Assembly (NCBI GenBank): GCA_963707915.1 | Contig: OY970178.1 | Location: forward strand, 1-64,000 | Direction of reading: 5' to 3' | DNA from: Candidatus Eiseniibacteriota bacterium | GTDB lineage: Bacteria; Eisenbacteria; RBG-16-71-46 | Length of the DNA: 64,000 nt | Part shown: in pieces, positions 57,170 through 64,000 of the stretch | How the letters are laid out: every line of letters starts with the position of its first letter | Numbering within the stretch: the first letter of the stretch is position 1 | The notes under the pieces: model-generated | The model's input: only the letters and a program-made list of their open reading frames with translations | What the model was told of the DNA's origin: nothing | The model's database searches: none | Translations under genes and position numbers: made by a program

Positions 57170-58413
57170 GTGCCCGGCCCGCGGCCCCAGAGTCCGTCCC
57201 GCTGCACCGTCCCGCCGTCCCGGTCGCCGACCGGCGGCGCGGGCTGCATCCGCCCGTACGGATGCTCCACGTCATCACGCGCCTCATCCGCGGGGGAGCC
57301 GACGAGAACACCCTCAGCACGGTGAGGGGACTCGATCCGCGGCGCTACCAGGTCGACCTGGTCGTGGGGCGGGGCTCCGACCTCGAGCTGCTGCGCGGAC
57401 TGGAAGGGGTGGGCATCCACTTCCTGGAGGACCTGACGCGGGACCCGCATCCGCTGCGCGATATCGCCGCGCTCGTCCGGCTGACCCGCATCATCCGGCG
57501 CGGCGGCTACCAGATCGTGCACACGCACACGGCCAAGGCAGGCTTCCTCGGGCGCCTCGCCGCAGCGCTCGCGGGCACGCCCATCATCGTGCACACCGTG
57601 CACGGGGTCACGTTCCCCCAGCACGTCCGGCAGCCCCTGCGCGCGTTCTACCTGCTGCTGGAGCGGGTCGCCGGGCGTTTCACCCACCAGTTCGTCACGG
57701 TGGGCGAGGACATGCGGTCCACGTACATCCGGGCCGGCATCGGCGACCCGCGGACGTACGAGACGATCTACTCGGGGATGCCGCTCGAGGACTTCGTCGC
57801 GGCGGGCCGACTGGCCGCACCGGAGCGCGACCGCCTGCGCGCCGCGCTCGGCTTCGGCCCGGACCACCAGCTGGTGGCCATGGCCGCCCGGCTCGAGGAG
57901 CGCAAGGGCCACGGATACCTGTTCGAGGCCGTGGCGCGCGTGTGGCGGCGGCATCCCGCGCTGCGCGTGCTCGTCCTCGGGGACGGGCCGTTGCGTGGCG
58001 CCCTCGAGCGCCGGACCCGCGAGCTCGGCATCGAGGACGTCGTGAGCTTCCTGGGGCACCGGACCGACATCGCCGGTGTGCTCGCGGCGGCGGACATCTC
58101 GGTGCTCACCTCCCTCTGGGAAGGGCTGCCGCGCGTGCTGGTGCAGTCGGCCGCCGCCGGCAAGCCGATCCTGACCTTCGATGTGGAGGGTGCCTGGGAG
58201 GTCGTGCGGGACGGCGAGAACGGGTTCATCGTGCCGTCGCGCGACGTCGATGCGCTGGCACGCAGGCTGGACGAGCTGCTGGCGGACCGCGACCGGGCTG
58301 CGGCCATGGGGGCCGCGGGCCCCGCCCGGGTGGGTTCGGAGTGGGCGGTCGAGACCATGGTCGACCGGCTCGACCGGATGTACCAGAGGCTGACCACCGG
58401 GCGTGCCGCATGA
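57166..58413 (+). CDS. GT4 glycosyltransferase
   Basis: HVITRLIRGGA, VHTHTAKAG, HTVHG, RLEERKG, SLWEGLPRVLVQ. Confidence 0.9.
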   Translation: MSARPAAPESVPLHRPAVPVADRRRGLHPPVRMLHVITRLIRGGADENTLSTVRGLDPRRYQVDLVVGRGSDLELLRGLEGVGIHFLEDLTRDPHPLRDIAALVRLTRIIRRGGYQIVHTHTAKAGFLGRLAAALAGTPIIVHTVHGVTFPQHVRQPLRAFYLLLERVAGRFTHQFVTVGEDMRSTYIRAGIGDPRTYETIYSGMPLEDFVAAGRLAAPERDRLRAALGFGPDHQLVAMAARLEERKGHGYLFEAVARVWRRHPALRVLVLGDGPLRGALERRTRELGIEDVVSFLGHRTDIAGVLAAADISVLTSLWEGLPRVLVQSAAAGKPILTFDVEGAWEVVRDGENGFIVPSRDVDALARRLDELLADRDRAAAMGAAGPARVGSEWAVETMVDRLDRMYQRLTTGRAA

Positions 58414-59632
58414 GCCGCGCTCGCGCGTGCCGTCCCGGGCTCCCCGGCCCGCCCACGCCCGGCATCGCCGCCGGCGATCGAAGGCGGTCCTGATGGACGT
58501 GTGGTCGGTGGCCTTCGCCGTGGCGCTCCTGGCGACGCTCAGCGGCACGCAGATGGTGCGCGTCACGGCCCTGCGTCTCCGCGCCGTGGATTCCCCGGGC
58601 GGGCGGCGCGTGCACCGCCGGACCACGCCCCGCCTGGGCGGGCTCGGCATCTTCTGGGGCTTCGCCGGCGCGCTGGTGCTGGTGGTCTATGGCAACGCCG
58701 AGTGGCGGCACGTGCTCGCCGGCAAGGAACTCGGCCTGCTCGGCATGCTGGGCGGGGCGTCCCTCATGCTGGTGGTGGGGCTGCTCGACGACCTCCACGG
58801 CCTGACGGCCGCGGTGAAGCTCTCGGCCCAGGCGGCGGCCGCGATCCTGCTGTGGACCTGCGGCTGGCGCGTCGAGTTCCTGGGCCTCCCGGGCATCGAG
58901 GCGTGGCCGGTGGGCGCGCTGAGCCTGCCGCTCACGGTGGGTTGGGTGGTGTTCGTGACGAACGCGCTCAACCTGATCGACGGGCTGGACGGCCTGGCAG
59001 TCGGCGTGGCGCTGATCGCGAGCGTCGCGACCTGCTTCATCCTCACGCCGGACGCGACGCTCGCCCGTGTCACCGCGCTCGCGCTCACCGGCGCGCTGCT
59101 CGCCTTCCTGTGGTTCAACCTCAACCCCGCGCTCATCTTCATGGGGGACGCGGGGAGCCTCTTCGTCGGGTTCGTGCTCTCCGCCATCACCCTGAGGATC
59201 GGGCAGGTCGCCGGCCGGGAGTCCTTCCCGATGGTGCCCGCGCTGCTGCTGGCGGTGCCGCTGACGGACACCACCTATGCCCTGGTGCGCCGCACGCTGC
59301 GCGCCGCGCGGCAGGCCCACACGCCGCGGCTGTTCCTGCGCGGGGTGCGGGCCGGGCTGTTCGCCCCCGACCGCGGCCACGTGCACCACCTGCTGATCGA
59401 GGCAGGGTTCTCGACCCGGCGCGCGGTCGCGCTGTTGTGGGGGACCGGGGCGCTGTTCGCCGTGTCCGGCTGGTTCTTCGCGCTCCACTCGCCGGCGGGC
59501 GTGCCGCTGATCGCGCTCCTGGTCGTGACCTGGGGACAGGGCTTCGCGCGGGTGAGGCGCCGCGCCGGAGCGCGGACGGAACGGGTCCGGGGGAGCGAAA
59601 CGGCCGCGGGGGAAGCCGATGCCGCGGCCTGA
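58403..59632 (+). CDS. wecA: WecA/TagO-like undecaprenyl-phosphate HexNAc-1-phosphate transferase (alternative start 58492)
   Basis: TPRLGGL, GLLDDL, NALNLIDGLDGL, FMGDAGS, DRGHVHHLL. Confidence 0.88.
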   Translation: MPHEPRSRVPSRAPRPAHARHRRRRSKAVLMDVWSVAFAVALLATLSGTQMVRVTALRLRAVDSPGGRRVHRRTTPRLGGLGIFWGFAGALVLVVYGNAEWRHVLAGKELGLLGMLGGASLMLVVGLLDDLHGLTAAVKLSAQAAAAILLWTCGWRVEFLGLPGIEAWPVGALSLPLTVGWVVFVTNALNLIDGLDGLAVGVALIASVATCFILTPDATLARVTALALTGALLAFLWFNLNPALIFMGDAGSLFVGFVLSAITLRIGQVAGRESFPMVPALLLAVPLTDTTYALVRRTLRAARQAHTPRLFLRGVRAGLFAPDRGHVHHLLIEAGFSTRRAVALLWGTGALFAVSGWFFALHSPAGVPLIALLVVTWGQGFARVRRRAGARTERVRGSETAAGEADAAA

Positions 59633-60839
59633 GCGCCGGCCGCCGCGCGCGGGGGCCGGGGCCGACGCGGGGCCCGCCGGGCGGGGAGCGCCACCGGTCG
59701 TGCTGGTGGTGGTGAACGACCTCGCCGTCGGAGGCGCCCAGCGGGTGGCCGTGGGCCAGGCCGCGGGACTGGCGGCGCGCGGGTTCGACGTGCAGGTGGC
59801 GAGCCTGGAGAGCGTCGCGAACGGCGCGCTCCAGGAGGAGTGCCGCGGCGCGGGCGTCCCGGTCCATGCCCTGCGCACGGCGGGCGAGCCCCGGGCGTGG
59901 GCGGTCGCGCGCCTCCCGGGGCTGCTCGCCCGGCTGCGGGCCGCGCTGGTGCACACGCATCTCGCCCGCGCCGGCGTGGTGGGGAGGACGTGCGCGCGCG
60001 TCGCGCGCGTGCCCCGGCTGGTGAGCACGCTGCACAACCTGAGCGACTGGGAGGAGCGGGCGGGGGAGCCGTTGCGCGCGCTCGACCGCGGCACGCTCCG
60101 GTGGTGCGACGCCATCGTGGCGGCGAGCGACGCGATCCGCCGGGCGGTCGTGCGGCGCGACCCGGCGCTGGTGGCCCGCACCTGCGTGATCCGCAACGGG
60201 GTGGACATCGAAGCGTTCGCCCCGCCCGATGCGGCGCACCGCGCGAGGGCGCGCGCCTCGTTCGGCTTCGGTCCGCGCCACTGCGTGATCGGGTCGCTGT
60301 GCCGGCTCGAGCCGAGGAAGGGGGTCGACACGCTGCTGCGCGCGTTCCCCGCCGTGGTCGCGGCGCACCCCGAGGCGAGGCTGCTGATCGTGGGCGACGG
60401 CCCGGAGCGTGGCGCGCTCGAGGCCGCCGTCGCCGCCGCCGGCCTGGGGACGGTGGTGCGCTTCGCCGGTGAGCGTCGCGACGTGGCGGGCTGTCTCGCG
60501 GCGATGGACGTGTTCGCCGCGCCCTCGCGCACCGAGGGGCTCGGCCTCGCGCTGATCGAGGCCCTGGCCGCGGGCCTGCCGGTCCTCGGCTCGCGCGTCG
60601 GCGGCATCCCCGAGGTGGTGGAGGACGGTCGCTGCGGCGTGCTGCTGCCGGCGGACGACGGCGCGGCCTGGCGCGCGGCGCTGCTGCGGATCGTCGCCGA
60701 TCCCGGCCTGCGCGCCGAGCAGGGCGCGCAGGCCCGGCAGCGCGCGTCGCGCTTCACGATGGCCGCGAGCCACGACGCGCTGGCCGGGCTCTACGAAGGG
60801 CTGCTCGGCGCCGGCCGCGCGGAGCGGATGGCAGCGTGA
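59619..60839 (+). CDS. GT4 glycosyltransferase
   Basis: GGAQR, VHTH, IRNGVD, RLEPRKG, EGLGLALIEA (EX7E), VGGIPEVV. Confidence 0.92.
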   Translation: MPRPERRPPRAGAGADAGPAGRGAPPVVLVVVNDLAVGGAQRVAVGQAAGLAARGFDVQVASLESVANGALQEECRGAGVPVHALRTAGEPRAWAVARLPGLLARLRAALVHTHLARAGVVGRTCARVARVPRLVSTLHNLSDWEERAGEPLRALDRGTLRWCDAIVAASDAIRRAVVRRDPALVARTCVIRNGVDIEAFAPPDAAHRARARASFGFGPRHCVIGSLCRLEPRKGVDTLLRAFPAVVAAHPEARLLIVGDGPERGALEAAVAAAGLGTVVRFAGERRDVAGCLAAMDVFAAPSRTEGLGLALIEALAAGLPVLGSRVGGIPEVVEDGRCGVLLPADDGAAWRAALLRIVADPGLRAEQGAQARQRASRFTMAASHDALAGLYEGLLGAGRAERMAA

Positions 60840-62305
60840 GGGTCCGGCACGCTCGCCGCCCGCTCGCCCGGGTCGGCACGGTGGACGCCTCCGCGGTCGC
60901 GCTGGTGACCCTTCCGGTCCTCGCCGTGACGGCCTGGGCGGCGCTGGGCCTGCCACCGGCCGCGCTCGCCGCGGGGCTGGCGGCGGCCATCGTGGCTACC
61001 TGCTGGCGCCTGCCGGTGCGTGCCGTCGGGATCGAGGGGCTGTGGCTCCTCCTGCTGTCCGGCGTCGTGCTGGCGGGCGAGCTCTCGGCCATCTCCCTCG
61101 GCGGGCAGAACGGCCGCATCCTGTGGGCCGACGCCTGGCTGGGCGCCGGCCTGCTCGTCCTGCTGCTCCGGGGGCGGCTGGCGCTCGCCGTGCCACGCGC
61201 GCCCTTCCTCGTCGTGCTGGTCCCGTTCCTCGCCTGGTGCGCGATCGGCCTGCCGTTCGCCCGCGACCCGCTCACCGCGATCGCCGAGTACAAGGAGTGG
61301 CTGGTGGCCGCGGCGGCCGGCCTGTGCGCGGTGCGCTGGGCGACGGACCGGCGGCGGGCGCGCCTGCTGCTGGCTTCGGTGGCGCTCACCGGCGCGGCGC
61401 TGGCCGCGCTCATGGTGGTCGTCGCCTGGCGCAGCCCGCTCGGCCTGGCGTTCGCCGTGCTGACCAAGACGGTGGACCTGCCGTGGGGCCGCTCGAACTA
61501 TCTCGCCGGCCTGCTGGCGCTCGCGTTCCCGGTGGCGCTGGGGCTCATGGGGGCCGCGGCGCGCGGGCGGGAACGCGCGCTCTGGCTGGCGGTCGTCCTC
61601 GCGACCGCGGCCGGACTCGCCGTCTCGGGGTCCAAGGGGGCCCTGCTGGCGGTGGGGCTCGCCACGGTCCCCGTCTTCCTCGGGCCGCTGGCGGCCGGCA
61701 CGTCCCGTGCGCTGCGCATCGCGGTCCTCGCCGTGATCGGCTCGGTCGTGGTGCTGTTCGTCGCGGGGCCGCTCCGCGTCGCCATGGACTACCGCCTGCA
61801 AGCCGGTGCGCTCGACTACTCGAGCGGTGAGCGTTTCGCCCTCTACCGACTGGCGCTGGACCTGGGGATGCAGCACCCGCTGCTGGGCGTCGGGTTGAAC
61901 AACTTCTCGGTGGCCGCGCACTCGCTGCACGGCGTGGACACGGTCCCGCACAACCTCGAGACCGGCCTGTTCGCCGAGCTCGGAGTCGTCGGGCTGGTGC
62001 TGGCGCTGGCCTGGGGCGGCACGCTGCTCGCCTCGGCGTGGCGCGCGGTGCGCGCCGGCCGCGTGCCGCGCGAGCGCGTCCTCGCGCTGGGGGCGGCGGC
62101 CGCCGTGCTCGGCGCCGCGATCCACAACCAGGTGGAGTCCACGCTCTACGGCGAGCAGTTCAAGATCCTCCTCTTCCTGGTCGCGGCGGCGCTCTGGAGG
62201 CTCGGACTGCCGGAGCGTGCATCCTGCAATCCGGCGCTGCCCCCGGACCCCCCGATCGCGTGCGCGACGCACGGCGTCCTGCCGTCGCCGGGCGCGCGGG
62301 ATTGA
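60836..62305 (+). CDS. O-antigen ligase / Wzy polymerase family protein
   Basis: Many TMs; SNYLAG, SGSKGA, S..ER...Y, HPLLGVGLNNF, PHN....LFAELGVVG. Confidence 0.85.
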   Translation: MRVRHARRPLARVGTVDASAVALVTLPVLAVTAWAALGLPPAALAAGLAAAIVATCWRLPVRAVGIEGLWLLLLSGVVLAGELSAISLGGQNGRILWADAWLGAGLLVLLLRGRLALAVPRAPFLVVLVPFLAWCAIGLPFARDPLTAIAEYKEWLVAAAAGLCAVRWATDRRRARLLLASVALTGAALAALMVVVAWRSPLGLAFAVLTKTVDLPWGRSNYLAGLLALAFPVALGLMGAAARGRERALWLAVVLATAAGLAVSGSKGALLAVGLATVPVFLGPLAAGTSRALRIAVLAVIGSVVVLFVAGPLRVAMDYRLQAGALDYSSGERFALYRLALDLGMQHPLLGVGLNNFSVAAHSLHGVDTVPHNLETGLFAELGVVGLVLALAWGGTLLASAWRAVRAGRVPRERVLALGAAAAVLGAAIHNQVESTLYGEQFKILLFLVAAALWRLGLPERASCNPALPPDPPIACATHGVLPSPGARD

Positions 62306-62478
62306 ACCCGGTCCCGGACGTTGCCTATCATCGAGGCATGGACGGGAGGCCGGCGAGCGCGCCGGCCGTGCCCCGCCCGCAGCGGGAATGAGCCCTCCTC
62401 GAGTCCCGGGAGGGAACGCCCAGGCAGGCCAACGTCGCAGCGCGCGGGGCCGACGCGCGCGAGTCCGCGGCCGCATGA

Positions 62479-63498
62479 TTGCCGGATCGCAGTCGCCAGC
62501 CTCGAACCTGCGGACTCGCCGGAGCCCTGGTGCTCGCCCTGCTGTGCGCGCATGACGCCGCCGCCTTCGGACCGGACGCGGCCGCCATCGTCGGCACGTG
62601 CGCGCTCCCGCCGGACGCCCGTGACGCGGGCTGGAGCGGGAGGGTGGCCGACGCGGTGACGCGGCAGTTCGAGGCCGAGCGCGCGGACCCCGAGCGCGCC
62701 GCGCCGCTTCACCGCTTCGACGGCCTGGCCGCGCCGGACGCGGCCGCGGCGGGGGCGGCCGCGACGCCGGACGCGCCCCGCGTCTTCGCCCGGCTCGCCG
62801 ATTCACTGCGCGTCGCCTTCGCGAGCGCCGATCCCGCCGACTGGTCCGGCCCGGTCGCGAGCCTGGCGCAGGCCGCCTGCGATCTCGCCGACCCGTTCCA
62901 GATGACCTCACCCGGGCTCGACGAGGTGCCCGGGGCGCGCGCGCGGTTCTGCGACGGCGCGACGGCCGCCACGCTGGAATGGCTCGCGACCGCCGGCGCG
63001 GGCGGGAGTGCGGGCGCCCAGGTCGCGACGGGGTACGACGCGCGCGGCGCGGCGCTGGCGCTCGCGCGTGCCAGTGCCACCCTTCGCGACAGCGTCGAGC
63101 GTCTCACGCTCGCCGCGGACGCCGGCGGGATCGAGGTGCTCCAGCGCGGGCGCTTGCTGGCCGCGGCGGGCGCGGCGCGGACGGCGACGGCCGTGGCCTG
63201 GCAGGCGACCGCGGCCCTTCGAAACCGGAGCGGCACGCTGCGGTTCCGGCCCAACCCGGTGCGCGACGTCGCCGTGCTCGCGTTCGTCCTGCCGGCCTCC
63301 GGGGCCGTCCGTCTCGAGTTGTTCGACGTGTCCGGCCGCCGCGTCGCGGTCTCGGACCTGGGCATCCTCCCGGCCGGACCCCACACCGCCGCGTTCGACC
63401 GCGATGCGGCGGGCCCGCTGGCCCCGGGCGTGTACCTCGCGCGGCTGGCATCGCCGGGCCGGGCCGCCACGGGCAGGATCGTCCTCGCCTCACGGTAG
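62479..63498 (+). CDS. Secreted protein with T9SS-like C-terminal domain; N-domain possibly a degenerate phospholipase C/P1-nuclease fold; start uncertain
   Basis: Signal-like GLAGALVLALLCAHDAAA; tail PNPVR...LELFDVSGRRV...PGVYLARL...GRIVLASR. Confidence 0.65.
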   Translation: MPDRSRQPRTCGLAGALVLALLCAHDAAAFGPDAAAIVGTCALPPDARDAGWSGRVADAVTRQFEAERADPERAAPLHRFDGLAAPDAAAAGAAATPDAPRVFARLADSLRVAFASADPADWSGPVASLAQAACDLADPFQMTSPGLDEVPGARARFCDGATAATLEWLATAGAGGSAGAQVATGYDARGAALALARASATLRDSVERLTLAADAGGIEVLQRGRLLAAAGAARTATAVAWQATAALRNRSGTLRFRPNPVRDVAVLAFVLPASGAVRLELFDVSGRRVAVSDLGILPAGPHTAAFDRDAAGPLAPGVYLARLASPGRAATGRIVLASR

Positions 63499-63547
63499 GC
63501 CCTCCGTCCCGGGGTGATGCCGGACAAGGACTTGGGCCCGGCAGCCG

Positions 63548-63563
63548 TGGCACGCGCGTTGCG
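63548..63563 (+). promoter_or_regulatory. Putative sigma54 (-24/-12) promoter
   Basis: TGGCACGCGCGTTGCG: TGGCAC-N5-TTGC with exact GG-N10-GC spacing, in an intergenic position. Confidence 0.65.
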
Positions 63564-63786
63564 TTTCCGAGCCGGCGCGACGGCATTCCCCGCGCGAGGA
63601 CCCTGGAACCATGCACGTTCAACGTCTTGGCCGTGTGGCCGGCGTTCGCGCCGGCGCGCGGACGACCGATTCCTGGCCTGCGCCCCGCTCGACCGGCCAA
63701 CTTCCGGACGGCGGGTGGGCGTCGGCACGGCCCGCCCGGAGGGGCTCGACCTGCCGCCGCCCCGGGCAACCGCCCCCGGACCGGTC

Positions 63787-64000
63787 ATGAGCGGGCTGCG
63801 CGCCGTCGCGCACGGCACCCTGCGGCTGCTCGCCGGCCTGGTGGCCGCCCGGGTCTTCGACTTCGCCCTGTACCTGCTGCTCGCGCGCAGCTTCGGCGTC
63901 GAGCACTTCGGTTCGTACACCTACGCGCTGTCGTTCGCCCTGCTGTTCAGCGTGCTCGCCGACTTCGGCGTCACCACCGTGCTGACGCGCGAGCTGGCGC
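63787..64000 (+). CDS. Wzx-like polysaccharide flippase (partial, runs off the right edge)
   Basis: Not in the ORF track; by hand: MSGLRAVAHGTLRLLAGLVAARVFDFALYLLLARSFGVEHFGSYTYALSFALLFSVLADFGVTTVLTRELA. Confidence 0.85.
   Translation, partial: MSGLRAVAHGTLRLLAGLVAARVFDFALYLLLARSFGVEHFGSYTYALSFALLFSVLADFGVTTVLTRELA

Noticed and set aside
6..63920. Many long overlapping ORFs in the track (e.g. 14939..17977 -, 20986..23952 -, 24480..27623 -, 29489..32866 +, 36346..39195 +, 40301..43102 -)
   Set aside because: Arg/Pro/Gly/Ala-rich shadow frames expected in very GC-rich DNA; each overlaps a motif-supported gene.
1..64000. rRNA, tRNA (including tRNA-Sec), integrase/transposase, prophage or defence genes
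   Set aside because: None recognised by eye; a covariance-model scan would be needed to exclude small RNAs.

Overview
A very GC-rich, gene-dense bacterial window with about 45 CDS. I found no rRNA, tRNA, CRISPR array or mobile element. Several secreted proteins carry T9SS-like C-terminal sorting domains, there is a PorV/PorQ-family gene, and one protein ends in a 'TWGQVKSIYR' tail. Together these suggest a non-Bacteroidetes member of the FCB supergroup such as Ca. Eisenbacteria (inference, not verified). Main contents: (1) at 549-1928, a secreted thioredoxin-TPR protein whose CxxC motif contains an in-frame TGA followed by a hairpin, so probably an unannotated selenoprotein; (2) at about 12.6-39.1 kb, a 26-kb glycan-utilisation locus, most likely for beta-1,2-glucan. 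It contains a CBM9-like T9SS cargo, a TonB-dependent receptor with no SusD, a ~1090-aa Asp-rich cargo plus an adjacent PorV-like barrel, two GH144-like glucanases, LacI, an ABC importer, a discoidin/(alpha/alpha)6 enzyme, an NdvB-type GH94 and a GH35. Two promoters of identical design bracket it, each with a palindromic TGTAAACGTTT(T/A)CA operator over the -10; (3) assorted housekeeping and signalling genes; (4) from about 50.8 kb to the window end, a Wzx/Wzy-type polysaccharide locus with an unusual GT2 fusion and a degenerate P1-nuclease-like T9SS cargo. Several genes are broken by clustered small insertions that look like assembly errors rather than decay. All family assignments come from motif recognition by eye; no database searches were run.
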